A DNA stretch of 34,227 nucleotides. Source: a virus (taxonomy: Duplodnaviria; Caudoviricetes). Shown piece by piece: positions 25,501-32,087 of this stretch. Location: positions 1 to 34,227 of IMG/VR virus record IMGVR_UViG_3300005512_000161. One strand, written 5' to 3'. The notes under the pieces are model-generated. The model had not been told where the DNA came from. It made no database searches and worked only from the letters and a program-made list of their open reading frames with translations. Each line of letters starts with the position of its first letter. Position 1 is the first letter of the stretch. Position numbers and translations under genes: made by a program.

Positions 25501-25917
25501 CGGGCCCGCCACATCCGCCGTGGAGAAGAGGATCGGGCCGTCTTGATCTTTGCTGGTCGTCGAGAGCCGTTCCTACCGGGTGTGCGCTGGGAGCACAAGC
25601 CGATGCACGACGGCATGATCGCGATGGAGAAGACCAGGCTCTTGCACGAGTTGCTGCTTTACGTTGCCCACGCTGAGGGCGTGATCGGCTCCGAGGTTGT
25701 GCGTCGCTTCGACCGCGATGGTACAGCGTGGCAAGACTTCGATATGGGATCGGTTTCGGGCCAGTCCCTTAGCCGGCAGATACGCAAAGTGGCCGCCATG
25801 AGAAGGTGGCCAAGGCATAAATTCGACCGAACGCTAGTCACCGGAAAGTATCACATCTACCTATGGGCGCCCACCTACGAGGCGGCCATGAATTGGATGG
25901 CCACGCGCGGCGCGTAG
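22597..25917 (+). CDS. Primase-helicase replication protein (Zn finger + TOPRIM + SF2-like helicase)
   Basis: CPFC...CWRASC Zn finger; TOPRIM IYIVEGAPDYL / LIPDLD / KMDL; helicase MGVGKT, LVVIDES, ILDATG, RGTNAY, QAIARAR. Confidence 0.8.
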   Translation: MAWFGVRDSANDDIDIRSIAERHGLKPRRFSHRLRFFCPFCSDDDADRRRKGRTADADLHEPGQPWKCWRASCGATGNARTLAAHFGELDIETHRRFEARPKPKPRPKPTEKATVRRGWEELLLSSTEEGAQRIFRWARDVRGWPEGVARAISYSDDVLCLAPGDEYGGRSGRAIAKQTDREGLRLLVPIRCHLGVIRSAMRMWPGPGPQPNGSRPKMALSSRIAGASETWGSTMMYGSMPDAIEAAECGDPIYIVEGAPDYLAASGLLLDGGESGVVLGAFSAQTARRMVERLLDVLGDRNLIAPRIVLIPDLDRARENPANGETYNPGLDAFTAAAGTLRGRAGVHILKLPRRDESEKMDLAGHLRTQGSRLTLSLMRTAPLVYPAPVRLDECQGEMSERFKRAVLEATQKTLAGKKTLVVYQVEMGVGKTRSALAEAAKIVTGESVIPVVGRRPRGTPTGSWPPIERSVVFAAGNHAEADEKMEELERVSPGTRVRHIYGLLHYCKYEENVEDAFPHVGRRGVCGDPKKENECPHYHVCPGADEPRAYRGEVTFIAHALVGKMKADLVVIDESPGVVSMETVTDTEVRTLFASKSIPRVVRWRQRGNPDAGDAAQAVFALISPLAHQHGASVSSGTADAYDRRITGEELATLLEDSESLLPMMRAGFSSGAAKPPVPFPDEIRSGMHGQKHMPSMSAFHAMAYMLDYYLRVRGEHSAADDEALVMIGKDGKPIRPPPKPAVGVCLHVDGTWSLEVRKIRRLPDCPVVILDATGSQTLAEWRAAYPDRKVVIRTLEVQGSGPATAIHMESPSFSRKGLIGPDGGIRIDAVPKVERVLEALAERTRAQNPEFSGDPPTRLGVLTHKPIADALLGNLQTPPGKRAHEIVARLMGRGFVFENAHGDPTIGWFGRHDRGTNAYRMVHGLVVIGDPVGNFGDIEQDAMLLGLEASDISSARTAATCRQAIARARHIRRGEEDRAVLIFAGRREPFLPGVRWEHKPMHDGMIAMEKTRLLHELLLYVAHAEGVIGSEVVRRFDRDGTAWQDFDMGSVSGQSLSRQIRKVAAMRRWPRHKFDRTLVTGKYHIYLWAPTYEAAMNWMATRGA

Positions 25918-25929
25918 TGTAGGCCAGCC

Positions 25930-25945
25930 TGCGGCGTTCGCCGCA
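25930..25945 (+). terminator. Stem-loop after the primase-helicase gene (TGCGGC-gttc-GCCGCA)
   Basis: Perfect stem 12 bp after the stop codon, but no clear U-tract. Confidence 0.35.
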
Positions 25946-25949
25946 CAGT

Positions 25950-26340
25950 TCAGCACCGCATAATGTTCGAGATCATGGAGGCGATTGGCCGCCGAAATAC
26001 CGGACACCTGCGGCCGTTTTCACCGGACGATACGAGCCGGATTTTGGGCCCAAAATTGTGGGTGCGTTGGCTACAAGATCGACGAAATTGACAAAATGTC
26101 AAACTCAATAATTTCAAGCACTTACGGAGCGCCGAAGTGTTGCAAATTTGCAACAGTGCACGAAATTTCTCAATGATATTCAGCATATCGCACAACGTAC
26201 CGTGCCAAGGGTAGCCGAGATGGGGAAGTCGGCAATTTGTGATCGGGATTCTTCAATGAAGTCCAGCATATCGCTCATCTGACTAGATCTATTAATTAAG
26301 GGGCCCGATTTGGACCCTCCCCAAACCAGCCCCCGTAGGC
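25950..26340. other. Putative replication origin / cis-acting control region
   Basis: Most extended AT-rich non-coding stretch in the window, directly after the primase-helicase. Palindromes at 26041-26056, 26088-26102 and 26138-26155. Direct repeats at 26170-26191 and 26253-26274. ATTAATTAA core. Confidence 0.6.
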
Positions 26341-26369
26341 TTGACAAACCGTCCGGTGTTGTGCACGCT
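26341..26369 (+). promoter_or_regulatory. Putative sigma70 promoter TTGACA-N17-CACGCT
   Basis: Consensus -35, 17-bp spacer containing GTCCGGT, followed by GGAGG RBS of the 26397 gene. Confidence 0.5.
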
Positions 26370-26396
26370 GATTGCCGAACCGCTGGAGGCCAAAAG

Positions 26397-26843
26397 ATGG
26401 ATCGCGAAATGTTCAAGGACTACGGGATCAGGATGGATCCCGAACTCGCGTTCCGGATGACCAAGGTGGCCATCCGGTTGGGCGAGATCGAGGGCAGGGT
26501 TGGTCCGGTGGCCCTCGACTCTTTGGCAAGACGAGCCATCAGATGGTCTGCGAACAGACAGAACATCAATCTAGCGGAAACATGCGACGACCGAACGTCG
26601 AAGCAGAGCTCGGCCGAGCTGATGGTTGCGGCCGAGGGCGGCCGCAAGGTGTGGGTGAAGTACCCACGAGAATGGTCAGATGACCTCGACAAGATCTGCG
26701 CGGACGATCGCGCATCGCTGCACCTATCGCAGGTCTGGCGACAGGCCATCGATGAATTTTGCGAGGAGAAGCTGGACTCCTGGGCCAAGGATGCCGAGGG
26801 GTCCACGATGGCGGAAGCGTCCGAGGACGAAGAGATCGCCTGA
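26397..26843 (+). CDS. Putative tandem ribbon-helix-helix DNA-binding protein
   Basis: Two RHH-like units: 'YGIRMDPELAFRMTKVA...LDSLARRAI' and 'VWVKYPREWSDDLDKIC...LSQVWRQAIDEF'. GGAGG RBS. Confidence 0.55.
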   Translation: MDREMFKDYGIRMDPELAFRMTKVAIRLGEIEGRVGPVALDSLARRAIRWSANRQNINLAETCDDRTSKQSSAELMVAAEGGRKVWVKYPREWSDDLDKICADDRASLHLSQVWRQAIDEFCEEKLDSWAKDAEGSTMAEASEDEEIA

Positions 26844-26857
26844 TCGCGGGGGGCTGC

Positions 26858-27301
26858 GTGGCTGTCGATTTCGAGCGCGACCCTTGGGCCGACGATGATC
26901 AGACGCCCGACTGCTGCGTTGCGGATCCGTGGGCAGAAGATGACGCTGACGCAGTGGTCGATCAGTACCTGGAACAGGCGCGAAGGAACTCGAGTCTGCC
27001 AATCGAAGACCAGAGCGCAGCAAACCAGGAATCCGCGGCTGAGTTGAGAGCGGAAGCAAGGCGCCTCGGAATGCTGGCGTTCGCCAGCGTGGCCGGTCCG
27101 TTCGGAGTGCACCTTGCGCGGCCATTGGTCAGGCTTGGTGACTGTGGAGCCGAGCATTGCCGGATGCAGGTCGTTACCGGGCCGCATGTTGGCGTTGACT
27201 ACAGGCGGCCGATTTTTGGTGGACCTGCGTGGCACGCGGAGCTTGGCGAGGAAGATCTGGCCATTGCGCGGCGCGCTCCGCACGTCATGGACTCGATTTG
27301 A
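26858..27301 (+). CDS. Hypothetical protein with acidic DPW repeats
   Basis: GTG 26858 after GGGGG; TTGA overlap with the next gene. Confidence 0.5.
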   Translation: MAVDFERDPWADDDQTPDCCVADPWAEDDADAVVDQYLEQARRNSSLPIEDQSAANQESAAELRAEARRLGMLAFASVAGPFGVHLARPLVRLGDCGAEHCRMQVVTGPHVGVDYRRPIFGGPAWHAELGEEDLAIARRAPHVMDSI

Positions 27302-27999
27302 AGCCGCTGCGTCTCGAGCGGATTGATTCGCCTGTCGGCAGGCACTACCGGACTCCAGCAGGCGATCTTCCGAGCGTGACAACGATCATCGGCAAGACCA
27401 GGCCAGTTGCGGCTACTCGGCGCATGGCTTCGGCAATGGGCGTTCGCGGCAGGGAGCGCGCGAGAAACTCAGGGGCAAGAACGCTTCGCGGAGCGTCGGG
27501 GCAGATGCGCAGCTTGGCTGCTCAGCGTGGCGATGATGTGCATGAACGGCTCGAGGGTTTGCTAAGCGATCCGTGGTGGAGCCATCGGGATATCGCGAGC
27601 CTGGACGGCGAGGACGGGTGGTTGCGAAGCGCGGCTCAGTTTCTTCGGCGAGTGGTGGATCCGTTGTTGGTCGAGGCCTCGCTGTTCAGCGAATCGCATG
27701 GGTTCGCAGGGACGCTCGACTTGCTGGCAGGGCTTGACGATGGCCTGTTTGCGCTGGTCGACTGGAAGACCTCTGCCGCCAAAAAGCGCCGCGAGTGGAT
27801 CGGCGACTACGAGTTGCAGGCCGCTGCGTATCGGCAGGGCCTTGCAGAGTCCTACGGGGTGACCGGCTGCGACCGCGCGATGATCGTGGTGTTGTACGAG
27901 GACGAGCAAGCCGACGTGTTCGAGATGGATGAGTCTGCACTCGATGCCGCGTGGTTGCGGTTCGGCGTGCGGCTGGCGACGTATCGGAGCCTGACGTGA
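27298..27999 (+). CDS. PD-(D/E)XK exonuclease (Cas4/MGME1-like)
   Basis: 'RHY..P.G.LPSVTTII', 'RG..VH', 'VE..L', 'FAGTLDLL', 'LVDWKTS', 'LQAAAY'. Confidence 0.88.
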   Translation: MKPLRLERIDSPVGRHYRTPAGDLPSVTTIIGKTRPVAATRRMASAMGVRGRERARNSGARTLRGASGQMRSLAAQRGDDVHERLEGLLSDPWWSHRDIASLDGEDGWLRSAAQFLRRVVDPLLVEASLFSESHGFAGTLDLLAGLDDGLFALVDWKTSAAKKRREWIGDYELQAAAYRQGLAESYGVTGCDRAMIVVLYEDEQADVFEMDESALDAAWLRFGVRLATYRSLT

Positions 28000-28247
28000 C
28001 CTTTGTTACCGCCACGGTTGACTCCGAGCAACTGTGCAGAGTTGTAGGATTCGATCCTGGTGAAGATCAGGTGGTGCTTGCGTGCGGTTCTCGCGTCGAT
28101 GTGGGATCTCTTCGTTCGGTAAACATAGGCCTGGCGTCCTACCGGCGGCCTGTCGGCAGCCGGTACTGGTGGTCTCAGACATCGAACAGGGCCGTGGCCA
28201 TGAACGCCAACGCGCTTCGCTCGGTTCTGGCCCGCCGATTTTCCTGA
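27996..28247 (+). CDS. Small hypothetical protein
   Basis: GTGA overlap with the nuclease stop; 83 aa. Confidence 0.45.
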   Translation: MTFVTATVDSEQLCRVVGFDPGEDQVVLACGSRVDVGSLRSVNIGLASYRRPVGSRYWWSQTSNRAVAMNANALRSVLARRFS

Positions 28248-28255
28248 TCTTTGTC

Positions 28256-28284
28256 TTGATACCGGTGCCGGTGTCCGGTACGCT
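28256..28284 (+). promoter_or_regulatory. Putative sigma70 promoter TTGATA-N17-TACGCT
   Basis: Near-consensus hexamers; spacer made of CCGGT repeats; upstream of the PLD-HTH gene. Confidence 0.55.
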
Positions 28285-28308
28285 GGCCTTGATTTTTGAG
28301 GGGGCGAG

Positions 28309-30273
28309 GTGTCGGACGACAGGCTCTGGATAACTGACGGCGATCTGGACCTGGTCGAGTACGTGTTTCAGCGTATCGACGAGGTCGGGACGCCTGCGGA
28401 CGTTGACCTCATGGTCTTGGCCGCTGGTGTCAAGCACGTTCAGCGGCTGGCTTCGGCAATGGCGACCGGGGTCATTGGGAACCTGCGCCTGATCATCGAC
28501 GCGGGGACTCTTCTGGTTCGAGATCAGGCGAAGGACGAGAGCAAGCGTTCGGACGCGCAGGGCATCGAAGACGCTATCGGCATCGAGCGCGTTCGTGCAA
28601 TTCGGGTTCACGCGAAGGCTGGTCGGATCGTCGGTCCGAACGGTGCGCATTCGTGGATTTGCTCGGCCAACCTCAACCGAAACAGCCGCCACGAGCAGTA
28701 CGAAACGACGGACATTTTCGGCCCGATCTTGGGCGACGTGTTCGGCGCGGTGTTTGATCGCGTTCCGCCCGGCTGTGCTGCGCATAGCGCTTCTGGGGCG
28801 TACAAGGGGCTCGGGGATGTTCTTGAGGAACTCAAGGGCTCCAGCGTGTCCGTCTACAGGCCCGGCATCGCGATGCCCACGCACATGCTCGCAGACATGG
28901 AGGACGACCAGATTCTGTTCGTCGAGCGGGCAGGCGTTGGGGATCTGCTGCCCGGGCTGTTAGATCTGGCCGGCGTGTGCAGAGTTCGCGCCTGCACTTG
29001 GGGCGTGAGCAGGTCCGACGTGCACGTCTTGACCGTCGGCCTGGTCGACGGTCGGATTTCCGATCTGGCGGTTTGGCTGCCTGGTCGGTTTGGCCGCCGC
29101 TCTTCAATGGCTGACGGATATTGCGCCGTGATGGGGCTTATGCCTGATCATGTCAGATGGAGCCCGAGCCACGCCAAGATCTTGGTCATCCGCGGTGAAG
29201 ATCAGACCTTCGTGGTGACCGGATCGGCAAACTTCGGGAACATCGGTCAGTTGAACATCATCCGAATCCGGCGCGGAGATGAGGCGCTGGCCGATTTGGC
29301 TGATGGGATCCTTGACGAACTCCGGCTCGAGGAACCACCGAAGCAGCCCAGCCTGCTGCAGATGCAGGAGGCGCGCAGTCGATTCGAGCGCGACACGAAG
29401 CGCAGTGCTCCGGCGGCGCACTTCGACGAAGACGCGCCGCTCAGCAAGCGCGAGCGTGAGATGTTCGAGGCGGCCTGCGCTGAGTTGGGGATCAGCCCCA
29501 AGAAGTTGCCGCCAGGGCTTGGGCCGCGCGACATCATCGACAGCATGAAGTCGGCGCCGGCAGACGACAGGAAGCCTGGCCGCCCGCGCAAGAGCGACCG
29601 GGCGATCCAGTGGACAGCGATTCACGATCTGCTGGTCTACGGCGAGGAGTACGTTGACGACACGGGCGTCAAGCGGTGGCGTTATCCTGGCTACGCTGAA
29701 GTCGGCAGGCGCTACGGCGTGACCGGCCAGACGGTCTCTAAGTACGCGAAGAAGCACGACATCGAGAGTAGGCGTGCCGAAGTGAAGCGCGAGGAAGACG
29801 CCATCGTGCACCAGCACATCATCCACGAGCGAGCTGCCGACAGGGCCGCGCTGCACGAGAAGGTGGACGCCATCGCCCACCTGATAGCGGATCGCTATCT
29901 CGAGGGTCTTCAGGCGCCGCGCTCAGCTCCGAACCACATCCGGGTGGACTCGATCAACGACGTTCGGCAAGCGGTCGAGCTCGCGCAGAAGCTCGGCGCA
30001 GCGGCCAACGGCGAGGACAGCGACGAGGTGAGGCTGACGCTCTCCATCGAGGGCTTGCGAGATCGCCACAGGGCGGTGTCCGAAAGGCGGCAGGTGTCCG
30101 CGGCTGCTGCGCTCGGGCTGGTCGAGGACAGCCAGGACGTGATCGACGTGGTTCCGATTGGCAAGTCGAGGCAGGAGCCTGAGCCTGACCCAGTTCGCTC
30201 GGTCCGGCCATCTGACCCGCAGGTCAGCAGGCTTGGAGCAGTCGACGAAGACGAGGACCCCTGGGAGGAATGA
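28309..30273 (+). CDS. Tandem phospholipase-D-like (nuclease) domains fused to a C-terminal HTH (terminase small subunit-like)
   Basis: Two HxK...SxN motifs (HAKAGRIV...SANLN at 28609-28677; HAKILVIR...GSANF at 29170-29235), then KPGRPRK and an HTH 'YAEVGRRYGVTGQTVSKYAKKH'. Confidence 0.7.
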   Translation: MSDDRLWITDGDLDLVEYVFQRIDEVGTPADVDLMVLAAGVKHVQRLASAMATGVIGNLRLIIDAGTLLVRDQAKDESKRSDAQGIEDAIGIERVRAIRVHAKAGRIVGPNGAHSWICSANLNRNSRHEQYETTDIFGPILGDVFGAVFDRVPPGCAAHSASGAYKGLGDVLEELKGSSVSVYRPGIAMPTHMLADMEDDQILFVERAGVGDLLPGLLDLAGVCRVRACTWGVSRSDVHVLTVGLVDGRISDLAVWLPGRFGRRSSMADGYCAVMGLMPDHVRWSPSHAKILVIRGEDQTFVVTGSANFGNIGQLNIIRIRRGDEALADLADGILDELRLEEPPKQPSLLQMQEARSRFERDTKRSAPAAHFDEDAPLSKREREMFEAACAELGISPKKLPPGLGPRDIIDSMKSAPADDRKPGRPRKSDRAIQWTAIHDLLVYGEEYVDDTGVKRWRYPGYAEVGRRYGVTGQTVSKYAKKHDIESRRAEVKREEDAIVHQHIIHERAADRAALHEKVDAIAHLIADRYLEGLQAPRSAPNHIRVDSINDVRQAVELAQKLGAAANGEDSDEVRLTLSIEGLRDRHRAVSERRQVSAAAALGLVEDSQDVIDVVPIGKSRQEPEPDPVRSVRPSDPQVSRLGAVDEDEDPWEE

Positions 30274-30599
30274 TGGACTACACCCTCGGCGGCGTTGCCG
30301 CAGCAATCCAGACCTGGCAACTTCGCCAGTTCGGGCCGGCGGATCCGGCCGGGGTCGGCCGTAAGCTGGTCGAGGAGGCCCTGGAGGTCCAGGCGGCGTT
30401 CGAGGCTGGAGACAAGGCGCATGCCTCCGAGGAGGTGGCCGACGTTTTCTTCCTGGTCCTCGACTGCGCCCGGGCCTGCGGCATGGACTGGGATTGGCTG
30501 GCCAAGGTCGCGAAGGACAAGCTCGTGGTCAACATGCGGCGCACGTGGTGTTGCGGCGAGGACGGCCGTTGGTCGCACACGTCAGAGCCAGGGTCATGA
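30270..30599 (+). CDS. dATP/dGTP pyrophosphohydrolase (DUF550, MazG-like)
   Basis: 'FGP..P.G...KL.EE..E...EE.ADV..L.LD..R..G...K...N..R.W' is the DUF550 pattern. Confidence 0.8.
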   Translation: MMDYTLGGVAAAIQTWQLRQFGPADPAGVGRKLVEEALEVQAAFEAGDKAHASEEVADVFFLVLDCARACGMDWDWLAKVAKDKLVVNMRRTWCCGEDGRWSHTSEPGS

Positions 30600-30829
30600 G
30601 GGCCGCCGATCTCGAGGTCGGTCGGTTTTACTTCATGCGGTTCGGGTGCAAGGCTCGCATCGTGAGGCTTGCAGAGATCGGGCGTTTTTCGCGACTTCCG
30701 AGCGGAGCTTACGGCAGGTCCATGTGCATGGGCCAGGTCATGGCCGCCGTGGAGTACGGCGATTCTTTCCGATCCTACGTGCGCAGGGTGGTGCCGTTGC
30801 GCATGCTCGTTGCCGAGGCCTCGGCATGA
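30596..30829 (+). CDS. Small hypothetical protein
   Basis: ATGA overlaps at both ends; 77 aa. Confidence 0.55.
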   Translation: MRAADLEVGRFYFMRFGCKARIVRLAEIGRFSRLPSGAYGRSMCMGQVMAAVEYGDSFRSYVRRVVPLRMLVAEASA

Positions 30830-31302
30830 TCGCCCTGTTCACCGTCGCGGTGGTGTTTGGCGCCTGGCCGTTGGTGGGCGACGCGGAGCGCTGTGCTCCG
30901 GCTGTAGAGGCCCTGGCTGCTGAGCATGTCGCTGGCGTGGAACTCGTGGCTCGCGCCTGGACTTGCGGCCGCGTCGCCAGGGCTGCGCGCGAGCAGGGCG
31001 TGCCCGTGCCGCTGGCGTTGTCGGTGGCGTGGTCAGAGAGTCGGTTCGCGCATTCGGCGCGCTCTGGTGCTGGTGCGGTCGGGCCCATGCAGGTGGTGCC
31101 GCGGTGGTGGTGTCCAGGTGGGGGCGCAGACGGATGCGACCTGGTTCGTGCTGGCGTGATGGCCCTGCGGGTGTACCTGGCGCAGGAGCGTGGCCAGTTG
31201 CGTCCAGCGCTGTGCAAGTACAACCGCGGCGGTCCGTGCAGGCCAGCGGCCGAGAGGTACGCCGAGGGTGTCGAGGCGCGAGCCAGGAGGTGGGGCGGGT
31301 GA
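30826..31302 (+). CDS. Lytic transglycosylase (SLT domain) with N-terminal signal/SAR segment; candidate endolysin
   Basis: 'LSVAWSESRF...SGAGAVGPMQV...GVMALR.YL...ALCKYN.G...Y'; hydrophobic N-terminus MIALFTVAVVFGAW. Start ATG 30826. Confidence 0.85.
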   Translation: MIALFTVAVVFGAWPLVGDAERCAPAVEALAAEHVAGVELVARAWTCGRVARAAREQGVPVPLALSVAWSESRFAHSARSGAGAVGPMQVVPRWWCPGGGADGCDLVRAGVMALRVYLAQERGQLRPALCKYNRGGPCRPAAERYAEGVEARARRWGG

Positions 31303-31603
31303 GCGACGAGATGCACTCTGTACTGGCTGCCGAGTGCTGGACGGCGACAGCTTCATCCGCGAGTTGTCGCCGCTCGAGCGCGAGCGTTTGGCCGAGTTGA
31401 TAGGGATAGAAAGGCGAGCAAGGATGAACCTGACCGCTGACGCCCTGGCGAGGGCTGCACACGTAAAGGGAGAGCCGCCCACAGCATCCGTCGCGCGCTG
31501 CGTGATGTTCGCCGAGGGCGAGCCGAGGCCTGGTCCGTGTCTGGGGGCTGGGCTGGACATCTGCAAGCGGTGCGTCCACTACGACCAGGGCAAGAATCGT
31601 TGA
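31299..31603 (+). pseudogene. Small Cys-containing ORF with an apparent -1 frameshift at about 31334
   Basis: The coupled GTG 31299 frame gives MSDEMHSVLAAE and stops at 31400. The coding-like frame VLDGDSFIRELSPLERER... begins at 31334 and shares a G (GAG/GTG). Confidence 0.4.
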
Positions 31604-31833
31604 TCTTGCTGCTGTTGGCCATGGCTGGCGTGACCTACGCGATGCAGGAAGTGGTCGGGCCGGTTTTTCTGCGTCGGGTCGGCTGGCGCTGGCTTGGCGA
31701 GTTGTTGTCCTGCAGCGTGTGCACCGGATTTCACGCAGGTTGGATCGTCTGGTTGTTGTCGGAGTACGTCCCGGACGTTGTTCTGTTCGCGTTTGCCGGC
31801 GCTGGCGTTGGGATGGTGGCTAGAAGGCTGTGA
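31600..31833 (+). CDS. DUF1360-like small membrane protein
   Basis: TTG start coupled to the upstream stop; 'WLGELLSCSVCTGFHAG' with flanking TM segments. Confidence 0.6.
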   Translation: MILLLLAMAGVTYAMQEVVGPVFLRRVGWRWLGELLSCSVCTGFHAGWIVWLLSEYVPDVVLFAFAGAGVGMVARRL

Positions 31834-32087
31834 GGGCAGGTCCGGACGATTGCATGCGCATCCCGCGGGTGACTTCCAGGCGCCTTGCGGCGTGGCGCGT
31901 GTTGTGTCCGGTCTGCGGGTACAGCAAGTTGTTTCTGGCGAAGGCCTGTCGAGAGCGTGATGGGCTGTTGACGCTGCCTGCGTTCGAGTGCGCCAGGTGT
32001 GGGGTCGAGATCGAGGTGGCCGGGATGCCGATCAAGGAGAGCGGGACCGTGAGGCGCGGTTGCTGCGGAAGGGGGAAGAGGAAGTGA
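31830..32087 (+). CDS. Small Zn-ribbon protein
   Basis: CPVC...CARC; GTGA overlaps at both ends. Confidence 0.55.
   Translation: MRAGPDDCMRIPRVTSRRLAAWRVLCPVCGYSKLFLAKACRERDGLLTLPAFECARCGVEIEVAGMPIKESGTVRRGCCGRGKRK

Noticed and set aside
26105-26277. Spaced repeats as a mini-CRISPR array
   Set aside because: Only two good copies plus one degenerate copy, unequal spacing (65 and 83 bp), not palindromic; a better fit to protein-binding iterons. The Cas4-like nuclease nearby is a common stand-alone phage exonuclease.
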